This document shows, in pieces, positions 1-8,097 of a DNA stretch of 20,000 nt. The position numbers and the translations under genes are program-made. Below the pieces are notes generated by a model that searched no databases, was not told the origin of the DNA, and saw nothing but the letters and a program-made list of their open reading frames with translations. The DNA is taken from positions 57,196 to 77,195 of the IMG/VR virus record IMGVR_UViG_3300042893_000600; one strand, 5' to 3'. The DNA comes from an uncultured virus (IMG/VR IMGVR_UViG_3300042893_000600) (taxonomy: Duplodnaviria; Heunggongvirae; Uroviricota; Caudoviricetes). Positions within the stretch are counted from its first letter, which is position 1; each line of letters starts with the position of its first letter.

Positions 1-294
1 AACATGGCAGTGCCAATTATATTCGTTAAACTTGTCGCACAAGAATTCAAAGTGCGGAGAAATAGTAGGTTCTCCGCCGTTTAAAAATATATGTACTGGT
101 CTATCTTTAACTTCTTCTTTTAGCTTAGATAAGAAATTTTCTAGTATCGCACGATCTTCTACCTTGTTGATTATAGTGTTAGTGCCTCGATGTAGTAAAT
201 CAGGACAATAGGTACAGTGATATGTACAAATACTGTTCAAAGTCCAATTAATTACAAGTACATTATTCTTGTCATAGATTTCTATAGGTTTCAT
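1..294 (-). CDS. Radical SAM protein, N-terminal part only (runs off the left edge; not in the ORF track)
   Basis: Manual translation from ATG at 294: MKPIEIYDKNNVLVINWTLNSICTYHCTYCPDLLHRG...HIFLNGGEPTISPHF...; CxxxCxxC and GGEP motifs, open to base 1. Confidence 0.9.
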   Translation of the reverse strand, partial: MKPIEIYDKNNVLVINWTLNSICTYHCTYCPDLLHRGTNTIINKVEDRAILENFLSKLKEEVKDRPVHIFLNGGEPTISPHFEFLCDKFNEYNWHCHV

Positions 295-302
295 ATTACG
301 TC

Positions 303-308
303 TATTTA
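303..308 (-). promoter_or_regulatory. TAAATA motif (putative late-promoter-like element) for the leftward radical SAM gene
   Basis: TAAATA on the minus strand with an 8-nt spacer before ATG at 294, in a 32-bp divergent gap. Confidence 0.45.
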
Positions 309-316
309 TCTAGCCA

Positions 317-322
317 TAAATA
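317..322 (+). promoter_or_regulatory. TAAATA motif (putative late-promoter-like element)
   Basis: TAAATA-tctc-ATG(327); the same 4-nt spacer recurs at three other gene starts. Confidence 0.55.
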
Positions 323-326
323 TCTC

Positions 327-1604
327 ATGACACCAAATACTATATTTCCAATTAAGTCTGAAACTGCCTGTTTATTAAAATGGGCCTGGAGCAGTCTTTT
401 CGTATATCAAGGAACTTCTAGCTCATGCCATCGAACAATACATTCTTCGTTTGGTCCAGAGTTAATAGGCACTTTTCACAATACTCCTGAAAAAATCAAA
501 GAACGTGAATTAATGCTTAACGGTAAATGGCCAGGTCGCGGGTGTGAATATTGCCGAGATATTGAAGCCGCCGGCGGCACAAGTGATCGTATGAGAGAAT
601 TGGAAGGGTTGTCGGATCCACTTTACCGAGGATTTATCCCGCCAGAATTAAAAGATAATCCCTTTGCTACAGTTGTCACTCCTACTATGTTAGAAGTTTA
701 CTTTAGTAATTTGTGTAATATGACATGCTTGTATTGCGGCCCAGATTTAAGTACACAATGGGTCGCTGAAAATAATATTCATGCAGGTGATCGTGGTAAA
801 CAGCAATTTAAAATACATCAAGAACGACAAAATTTATATCCTGAGCGTTTAAAATATTTTTGGGAATGGTTATCAAACAACTATCAAAGTCTCAGGATGT
901 TTAACGTATTAGGTGGCGAGCCATTTTACCAAGATGAAACAGAACAATGTATTGAATTTTGGAATAACAATCCCAATCCCAAAATGCATTTTAGCATATT
1001 TTCTAATTTAAAAGTTAAGCCTGAAAAATTTAAAAAAATATTAGATAAATTTGATTATCTTATTAAAAATAAAAAAGTAAGTTCTATAGGGATAACAGCT
1101 AGTCTTGATTGTTGGGGCGTCGAACAAGAATATGTGCGATGGGGCGTAGATTTAAATGAGTGGGAAACTAATTTCAAAACTCTTGTTTACGATTACCCTA
1201 GCATAAAGATTTGCGTTAACAGTACAATAAATTGCCTTTCTATAAAAACTATGCCCGAATTACTAACTAGAATTAATGATTGTAATTCTTATCGTAAAAG
1301 TATTACAGGTAATGATATTATTCATAGTTTTAATATGTTAACGGAACCAAACTTCATGAATGCTAAGATTTTCCCGGCAGGGTTCTTCGATGAAGATTTT
1401 AAAAAGATTTTAACTGTTATGCCTTCAGCCACAGCAAGAGAGCAGAGTCTAAAAGAGCATATGGAAGGTATTTGGAAAGCATACAATTCTGCCAAACACG
1501 ATCCTAGTCAAATTGCTTTGTTAAAAGAAGTACTCGACGAAGCAGACAAGCGTCACAAAACCAATTGGCAAACAATTTTTCCTTGGTTAACGGACATACA
1601 TTAA
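327..1604 (+). CDS. Radical SAM protein with N-terminal Cys-rich twitch-like domain
   Basis: CNMTCLYC and LGGEP; N-terminal ACLLKW...SCHR...CEYC; close paralog of 4585..5841. Confidence 0.92.
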   Translation: MTPNTIFPIKSETACLLKWAWSSLFVYQGTSSSCHRTIHSSFGPELIGTFHNTPEKIKERELMLNGKWPGRGCEYCRDIEAAGGTSDRMRELEGLSDPLYRGFIPPELKDNPFATVVTPTMLEVYFSNLCNMTCLYCGPDLSTQWVAENNIHAGDRGKQQFKIHQERQNLYPERLKYFWEWLSNNYQSLRMFNVLGGEPFYQDETEQCIEFWNNNPNPKMHFSIFSNLKVKPEKFKKILDKFDYLIKNKKVSSIGITASLDCWGVEQEYVRWGVDLNEWETNFKTLVYDYPSIKICVNSTINCLSIKTMPELLTRINDCNSYRKSITGNDIIHSFNMLTEPNFMNAKIFPAGFFDEDFKKILTVMPSATAREQSLKEHMEGIWKAYNSAKHDPSQIALLKEVLDEADKRHKTNWQTIFPWLTDIH

Positions 1605-1607
1605 ATA
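1602..1607 (+). promoter_or_regulatory. TAAATA motif overlapping the upstream stop codon
   Basis: TAAATA-ctag-ATG(1612); the TAA is also the stop of 327..1604, so this copy may be partly coincidental. Confidence 0.4.
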
Positions 1608-1611
1608 CTAG

Positions 1612-2157
1612 ATGAAAATACTTATTACTGGAAATCCAAATTTTGGCTTAGCATCTGAATTGTTTAAGCTATACCCTGACGCAACATTCATATCGAGAGA
1701 AAGTGGATATGATTTAACCACCCGAGAAGGTTATCGTAAACTAGGTGAGATAGTCGCAGAATACGATATTTTTATCAATTCAAGTGCGTTATGGAAATTT
1801 AATCAAACGCTAGTACTTGATGCTGTATATAAAAAATGTGTAGAGATCAAACACAATATGCGAATCATTTGTATAGGTAGCACTACAGATAGAGTTAAGA
1901 AAGCAACATCGTGGATTTATAACGCTGAGAAAAAAGCACTACGTGATTATTCAAATAGTTTAAGTTTAACAGGTGTGTGGGATTCAGGCCCAACAGTCTC
2001 GCTAATCAGTTTTGGCAGTTTGTCTAATGTACAAGAAAAACACCCAGGCCGTGTTTGTTTAGAACTATCACGTGCCGCATCTTATATTAAATGGTTGATT
2101 GACCAGCCTTCGGATATATGTATTAATGAAATCAGTATTGACCCTTTACAACATTAA
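1612..2157 (+). CDS. Short-chain dehydrogenase/reductase (compact, 181 aa)
   Basis: Rossmann start KILITGNPNFGLA, DIFINSSA (NNAG-equivalent), IGS (catalytic Ser) and YNAEK (YxxxK). Confidence 0.8.
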   Translation: MKILITGNPNFGLASELFKLYPDATFISRESGYDLTTREGYRKLGEIVAEYDIFINSSALWKFNQTLVLDAVYKKCVEIKHNMRIICIGSTTDRVKKATSWIYNAEKKALRDYSNSLSLTGVWDSGPTVSLISFGSLSNVQEKHPGRVCLELSRAASYIKWLIDQPSDICINEISIDPLQH

Positions 2158-3470
2158 TGACTAAAACCTTTTGTCCTATTCCTTGGAATTTCCAAGCAGT
2201 CCGTAATAACGGAGATATTCGTGTATGTTGTCAAGCCAACGTAACAGAAAATCAAGGTGTGGTTAGACATGCGGACGGTACTCCGTTCAACGCTGGTAAA
2301 GATGATATGGAAATTGCTCGAAATGCCACACTGATGAAAGAAGTTCGTATGAACATGTTGACAGGCGAGTGGAGTAAAGAATGCGGCCGGTGCCAACAAG
2401 AAGAAGCAAGTGGCTTAAACAGTCGTAGACAATACGAACTAGATAACTGGAAATTTAGTATAGATGATGCTCGCAACATTACAGACGTTGATGGCACCAT
2501 TAAAAATAGACAGTTAGAATATTATGATTTACGATTTGGTAACTTATGTAACTTAGCGTGTCGTATGTGTGGTCCAACCGATAGTCATACTTGGTATGAA
2601 CAATGGACAGAATATCATGGTAGTACAGATTACGCAGACACACACGGCATTGTAAAACTAATTAAAAACTCTAAAGGCAGATTAAGTACTGAGGATTATG
2701 ATTGGCATAACAGTGAAACATTCTGGCAGCAAATAGAAGCTAATATTCCAAATATCAAACATGTCTATATGGCCGGCGGTGAACCAATGATGATTGAACG
2801 TCATTATGAGTTCTTACAAAAGTGTATCGATATGGGTCAAAGTAACAAGATGATTATCGAGTACAATACTAACATGAGTAATTTGCCACAACGTGTATTG
2901 GATATGTGGACGCAGTTTAAGCAAGTTCGTGTTGGCGCCAGTATGGATGGTATGGGCGATGTAGTAGAATATCAGCGCTGGCCTCTAAAGTGGAGCCAGG
3001 CATATAAGAACTTACAAAAGCTAGATGAATATGCACAAAATAATTCCAATATACTTGCTTGGTTAGCGTGTACAGTAACAGCATATAACATTTGGCACAT
3101 ACCTCGTTTTATGAAGTGGAAATTACAAAGTAGTGGATTTAAAAAGATTAATAGTACAAAAAAACGTCCTATCATAACACATCATGTGGCACATGGTCCA
3201 AAACGTGTTAATGTACGGGTATTGCCAGCTGACATGAAACAAGAGATAGTTGAATACTATGCTCGTTGGATAGAAGAATTTAAAACAGAATATCCAGAAG
3301 ATATTGCTAAGAACGCTGAAAATATTTTAAACAGCATTACCAAGTATATGTTAGATGCAGATTACAGTGATAAACTTCCTGAGTTTATTAAGTTTACAAA
3401 GTATTTAGACAGTGCCAGAGATCAGCATATTGTTGATATAGCACCAGAATTTAAACGATTATTTGATTAA
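2157..3470 (+). CDS. Radical SAM protein with N-terminal twitch-like domain
   Basis: FCPIPW...VCCQA...CGRC before CNLACRMC; AGGEP; YNTN; TAATG overlap with the SDR stop. Confidence 0.93.
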   Translation: MTKTFCPIPWNFQAVRNNGDIRVCCQANVTENQGVVRHADGTPFNAGKDDMEIARNATLMKEVRMNMLTGEWSKECGRCQQEEASGLNSRRQYELDNWKFSIDDARNITDVDGTIKNRQLEYYDLRFGNLCNLACRMCGPTDSHTWYEQWTEYHGSTDYADTHGIVKLIKNSKGRLSTEDYDWHNSETFWQQIEANIPNIKHVYMAGGEPMMIERHYEFLQKCIDMGQSNKMIIEYNTNMSNLPQRVLDMWTQFKQVRVGASMDGMGDVVEYQRWPLKWSQAYKNLQKLDEYAQNNSNILAWLACTVTAYNIWHIPRFMKWKLQSSGFKKINSTKKRPIITHHVAHGPKRVNVRVLPADMKQEIVEYYARWIEEFKTEYPEDIAKNAENILNSITKYMLDADYSDKLPEFIKFTKYLDSARDQHIVDIAPEFKRLFD

Positions 3471-4583
3471 GATTTCAGAAGGTCTGTCTTTAGTTCTTCG
3501 TTGTCTTATAAAATGGTTACCAGTAGCATCTACACACAAGTTACTTGGTTTGGCAGCATCTGGCGCACCTATACCTAATATAGCAACAGGGTAATTATCT
3601 TCGGTAATGCCATGCTTGCTAGATAACCAGTTAGAAATATTGCTCGGATTATAACATCCGCAAAATCCTGTCTTGTATCCTAGTAATTGTGCGGCAAGTG
3701 CTACCGCGCCTGCACTAATACCCGTATTCAAACTTTGATGTCTTGTTAGTTCTATATCGGTATCGTATTCGAGATCGAACAGTCTATTATAAGTTTCGTC
3801 TTTATTAGCAGTCCACATAAAAACAACTGGTGCAAGTAACTGTGTGTTATAGTTGTGCTGATTTCTGGAAGTATATGCTGTACCAATCTTTAATACTGGC
3901 ATCCTTGGCAATCCGTGATTAATAACATCGATTATAATATTAGTAAGCTGACCAATGTCGGTAGCTTCTGCTGTAATGTTAGGAATTAAAACTTGAGGTT
4001 CAGCAAGCTGAATAGCTGGTATTTTAACATTAACTAAGATATATTCTGTAATCAATCTTTGAATAAATCTATGTGCTTCAAGTTCGGCAATTTTCCTAAC
4101 TTGTAAGTTTCCGTAGATATCAAAATACTTTGATACTATGTTACGTGTGTACTTATTAGAATCTAGTTTTAGATCTTTAATGTAAGCTTCTACAACAAAT
4201 CCAATATCTCTGTAACATTTGTGCGCCTCGTATACAAATCCATCAAACGGCGCACTATTAGTATCTACTTTATGCTTGATCCAAGCAGCACCTTCTCTTT
4301 TAATAAATTCTTTATTTTCTTTTAGTAATCGAACAGCGTTAGGGGCTAAATTCGGCATATTATCCGGAATATAACCTTCACTATGACAAATTTCAAATAA
4401 TTCTTCTTTTGCGTCTGCGTCAGTAAATGCGATACATTTAAAGAAGTTAACATTCTGCTTGGTAGGAGTTCCATTAGCTACTTGTAACAGTAAGTTTAAA
4501 TTTTCTTCAGATACGCTGTCGCTAATCCAGTTTCTTTGACAAGCATTAATTGATGTTAGGGCTGATAATAGTTCGGTATTCAT
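3459..4583 (-). CDS. Nitroreductase-family flavoprotein with a large internal insertion
   Basis: N-terminal CQRNW...LLQVANGTPTKQN (R..AP-S-x-x-N-like) and C-terminal TGISAGAVALAAQLLGYKTGFCG...PVAILGIG are typical nitroreductase segments, separated by about 170 extra residues; AAGGA SD at 4591-4595. Confidence 0.75.
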   Translation of the reverse strand: MNTELLSALTSINACQRNWISDSVSEENLNLLLQVANGTPTKQNVNFFKCIAFTDADAKEELFEICHSEGYIPDNMPNLAPNAVRLLKENKEFIKREGAAWIKHKVDTNSAPFDGFVYEAHKCYRDIGFVVEAYIKDLKLDSNKYTRNIVSKYFDIYGNLQVRKIAELEAHRFIQRLITEYILVNVKIPAIQLAEPQVLIPNITAEATDIGQLTNIIIDVINHGLPRMPVLKIGTAYTSRNQHNYNTQLLAPVVFMWTANKDETYNRLFDLEYDTDIELTRHQSLNTGISAGAVALAAQLLGYKTGFCGCYNPSNISNWLSSKHGITEDNYPVAILGIGAPDAAKPSNLCVDATGNHFIRQRRTKDRPSEILIK

Positions 4584-4584
4584 G

Positions 4585-5841
4585 TTAGATTCCTTCTTTA
4601 ATATTTATCATCCACGGAAATACCTGCCGCCAATTTGTATTTCTGCGTTGGTCCATTTTATCTAAGAATATTTTTAATTCTTTGACTTTTTCATAATTTG
4701 TAGGAGTTTCGATAATTTCTTTAAAAATAGCATTTACATAATTGCTGTATTCTGCGTCATTAAACATCTGCCCATTTAATTCTTGTATTTCTCTTATTTT
4801 GTCAATATATATCTCACCTGGAATATTATGTGGATCTAAAATTTCAGGAGAAATACATTTATTGTAATTTACACTGATTTTTTTACCCTTACATGTGTTG
4901 TTCCAATGAATGACTTTTTTAATTAATTCTGGAGTACTATGTATCGATAATGCTGACACTGTCCAGTTCATTGTGGGAATAATTTCAGGACATTCGTATA
5001 TTAAGTATTCCATATTTTCTGTGAATGTCGCAAGATCCAATCCTGTTCTAATATATTCTGATTCTATCCCCCAGCAGTCAATACTAGCAGTTAGCTCAAC
5101 AGTATTACAAGTTTTTACTAATTGTTTAATTTTTTCCATCTGTTTTTTAAAAAGAGATGGTTTAATTTGCATGTTAGAAAAGATCTCAACATCGAGATCT
5201 GGATTTGGATGTGCAATCATCCAATCTATACAATCGAAAGTTTCTTGTTGAATTAATGGTTCGCCACCTAGTATATGAAATTCTCGTAAATCACAATAAT
5301 GTTTTTCCATCCACACATAAAACTCAGCTAACCTTGTTTTATAAGTCACATCATCCATTGCGATAGAATTTAAAAAAGAGTTATTACTAGGCCCGTATTG
5401 TTCCTCTTCCAACACCCACGAACTACTTAAAAATGGCCCACAATATAAGCATTTTAAATTACATTTATTATTGAAATAAATTTCTAACATTGTAGGATTT
5501 ACTGAAGTTTGTGTTGGGTTAGTGTACAATTCTTTAGGTACATATTTCTCGTTATACGGTCTGGACAACCAATTTTTTCTATCACTAAAATTACTATATG
5601 TTTCTTGATCCTTACAGCTTTCGCACCCGCGTCCTGGCCACTCGTTTTTTAACATTTTTTCTCTATCTATAATTACTTCGGGCGTATTGTGAAAATTTTC
5701 AATATTATCTACTTTAACATTTTCTACCCTGTGACAAGAACTAGACGTACTAGTCCATAAGTATAAACTACTCCATGCCCATTTTAATAAACAAGCCTGT
5801 TCAGATTGGATTGGGAACCATTTTTTAGCATTTTCAGTCAT
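4585..5841 (-). CDS. Radical SAM protein with N-terminal Cys-rich twitch-like domain
   Basis: CNLKCLYC and LGGEP; N-terminal ACLLKW...SCHR...CESC; paralog of 327..1604. Confidence 0.92.
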   Translation of the reverse strand: MTENAKKWFPIQSEQACLLKWAWSSLYLWTSTSSSCHRVENVKVDNIENFHNTPEVIIDREKMLKNEWPGRGCESCKDQETYSNFSDRKNWLSRPYNEKYVPKELYTNPTQTSVNPTMLEIYFNNKCNLKCLYCGPFLSSSWVLEEEQYGPSNNSFLNSIAMDDVTYKTRLAEFYVWMEKHYCDLREFHILGGEPLIQQETFDCIDWMIAHPNPDLDVEIFSNMQIKPSLFKKQMEKIKQLVKTCNTVELTASIDCWGIESEYIRTGLDLATFTENMEYLIYECPEIIPTMNWTVSALSIHSTPELIKKVIHWNNTCKGKKISVNYNKCISPEILDPHNIPGEIYIDKIREIQELNGQMFNDAEYSNYVNAIFKEIIETPTNYEKVKELKIFLDKMDQRRNTNWRQVFPWMINIKEGI

Positions 5842-5845
5842 GAAA

Positions 5846-5851
5846 TATTTA
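5846..5851 (-). promoter_or_regulatory. TAAATA motif (putative late-promoter-like element)
   Basis: Minus strand TAAATA-tttc-ATG(5841) in a 38-bp divergent gap. Confidence 0.55.
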
Positions 5852-5869
5852 TCGATAAAATACAGCGGT

Positions 5870-5875
5870 TAAATA
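5870..5875 (+). promoter_or_regulatory. TAAATA motif (putative late-promoter-like element)
   Basis: TAAATA-tagt-ATG(5880), at the head of an 8-gene plus-strand run. Confidence 0.55.
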
Positions 5876-5879
5876 TAGT

Positions 5880-7283
5880 ATGAATAAAATATCCAAAACA
5901 TTTTGTATTTTACCCTGGGTACATTTAAGTACCCGACCTGATGGTAGTATGAGAGTTTGCTGTACAGCCAATGCTAGTAGCGTTGGCCAGACAAACGATA
6001 GAGAACACGGCGGCATGGTAGGTGTTCTTAAGACAGACGCCGGCAAACCTAACAACTTAAATGTTAGCGATTTCAAAAGTGCATGGAACAGTTCCTATAT
6101 GCGAAATGTTCGCAAACAAATGCTTAACGGTGAACAGCCTCCTAGTTGTTTAAAATGTTATAAAGAAGAGGCAGCTGGACATAATAGTAAACGTATGTGG
6201 GAAACTAAGTATTGGAGTCAACGTGTAAGTGTTAATAAGTTAATTGAAGATACTGCAGAAGATGGTAGTGTTCCACCGCAACTTGCCTATATCGATTTAC
6301 GCTTTGGAACTAAATGCCAGCTAGCGTGTGTAATGTGTAGTCCTCATGATAGTTCTGGCTGGATTAAAGATTATAAAGCCATCTTTTCTGAAGTAGAAAA
6401 TGCCAGTTTAAAACAAACCATGTTATGGACTGACAAAGGCTCTACCAACGGTAGTAGTTATAATTGGCACAAACAAAACCCTGTGTTCTGGCAACAGTTT
6501 TATGAACAAATTCCTAATATGCAGCAAATTTATTTCGCTGGCGGAGAAAGTTTAATTATTGAAGAACACTACGAAATTCTTGAAGAATGTATTCGTCAAG
6601 GTCACGCCAAGAACTTAGAGTTACGTTACAACTCAAACGGCGTTGAATGGCGCGATGATCTATTTGACTTATGGAAACATTTTAAACTAGTGAGATTCCA
6701 TTACAGTGTAGACAGCATTGGAGAAATGAATGCCTATATTCGTTACCCTAGTATATGGGAACGTACTAAGGAAGTATTTCACATTCTTGATAAGCAAACA
6801 GGCAATAATGTTGAAGTTACAGTAGCTTGTGCTGTACAAGCTCTTAATATCTATTACTTGCCTGACTTTTTAAAGTGGAAATTAGAAGAGGGGTTTACAA
6901 AAATTAATATGTGGCCGTTTGGTGCAGGCGGCGTTAATTATCACTTTGTTTATCACCCGCCGCACCTTAATGTTAAAGTACTTCCTAAAGAATTCAAAGA
7001 AGCTTGTCGTAAAAAATACGAAGAGTTTTATTCATGGTGGGAAGCAAATTGGGAAAAAGGCATTCCTAGTTGGCATAAAGGTAAAGTAACATATGAAGAT
7101 TGGCGTAAAGCAGAATATGGTATTAGCCGTTTGGAAGGTATGTTAAAATTTATGGAAAGTGAAGATTGGAGTAATCGATTGCCTGAAACTAAAGAATTTT
7201 TAGATTTATGCGACAAACAACGAAATCTTAACTTTAGTGAAATTTTTCCAGAAATGAAGGATATTTTTAATGGAACAACATAA
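5880..7283 (+). CDS. Radical SAM protein with N-terminal twitch-like domain
   Basis: FCILPW...VCCTA...CLKC before CQLACVMC; AGGES (GGEP variant); YNSN. Confidence 0.93.
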   Translation: MNKISKTFCILPWVHLSTRPDGSMRVCCTANASSVGQTNDREHGGMVGVLKTDAGKPNNLNVSDFKSAWNSSYMRNVRKQMLNGEQPPSCLKCYKEEAAGHNSKRMWETKYWSQRVSVNKLIEDTAEDGSVPPQLAYIDLRFGTKCQLACVMCSPHDSSGWIKDYKAIFSEVENASLKQTMLWTDKGSTNGSSYNWHKQNPVFWQQFYEQIPNMQQIYFAGGESLIIEEHYEILEECIRQGHAKNLELRYNSNGVEWRDDLFDLWKHFKLVRFHYSVDSIGEMNAYIRYPSIWERTKEVFHILDKQTGNNVEVTVACAVQALNIYYLPDFLKWKLEEGFTKINMWPFGAGGVNYHFVYHPPHLNVKVLPKEFKEACRKKYEEFYSWWEANWEKGIPSWHKGKVTYEDWRKAEYGISRLEGMLKFMESEDWSNRLPETKEFLDLCDKQRNLNFSEIFPEMKDIFNGTT

Positions 7284-8097
7284 AAATTTAGAATGGGTCC
7301 CTGGCGATCCTATCACAAAAGAAATGCTAGAGGTTAAGTCAGAAGATTACGCATTGTGGAAAAAAACGTGGGGCGATAGCTACTGTGTTGAAAATGTATT
7401 TGACGATGATGAGTTGACCTGGTTAGAAGATTTAATGTATAGAAATCATAAAAGTCGACGTGTTAAGAAAAATGGAACGCTTCACTTTAATGTAGATAAC
7501 AGACTGATACAAGATAAATTTTTTGATAAATTAAAATCAGTTATTCCTGAATTGGAAAATACTGAATTATGGGAAGGCAATTTTTTAATAACTGCTACTC
7601 CATATAATATACATATCGACACCGGTAATCACCAAGTGATGAGTAATGCTACCTATGTTCCGGGGAAGCAATTTATTATTCCTCTTTGGTTCTGTCACGG
7701 ACACAAAGAGACAGATTATCCTGAACACGGCACCGCTATTTTTAAAAATCGATTTATCATGTACGGAACAAATTTTGCCAAAGGAGACGCAAAATATGAC
7801 ACAAATGTTTTTTATACAGTACGTGACTATAAGGATTTAGTATGCTATAATAAAGATGGCTCCGTGTGGAACGTTGATTGGTCTAAGCGTAGTGTAAGCG
7901 ATAACGACTATATTAGATACTTTGATCACTTTAAAAGAGAATGGCTAGACGGTTTTGAATTAGAAGCAGTCTACCAATGGAAACGTGGAAGTATTATTGT
8001 ATTTGATAGATCACAAGCGCACACTGGCATCAATTTTATGAAAAACAAGGTAACACTGAAATGTGGGTTATCTATGATGACAACAGTTAAAAGATAA
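7270..8097 (+). CDS. Putative 2OG-Fe(II) oxygenase / double-stranded beta-helix protein
   Basis: HxD (YNIHIDTG) followed by FIIPL and a distal WKRGSIIVFDRSQAHTG His, matching the HxD...H facial triad; AAGGA SD upstream. Confidence 0.55.
   Translation: MEQHKNLEWVPGDPITKEMLEVKSEDYALWKKTWGDSYCVENVFDDDELTWLEDLMYRNHKSRRVKKNGTLHFNVDNRLIQDKFFDKLKSVIPELENTELWEGNFLITATPYNIHIDTGNHQVMSNATYVPGKQFIIPLWFCHGHKETDYPEHGTAIFKNRFIMYGTNFAKGDAKYDTNVFYTVRDYKDLVCYNKDGSVWNVDWSKRSVSDNDYIRYFDHFKREWLDGFELEAVYQWKRGSIIVFDRSQAHTGINFMKNKVTLKCGLSMMTTVKR

Noticed and set aside
4602..4607. Additional minus-strand TAAATA upstream of the nitroreductase
   Set aside because: It lies inside the upstream CDS with an 18-nt spacer and is followed by a normal SD; it could be chance in AT-rich DNA, so it is not listed as a feature.
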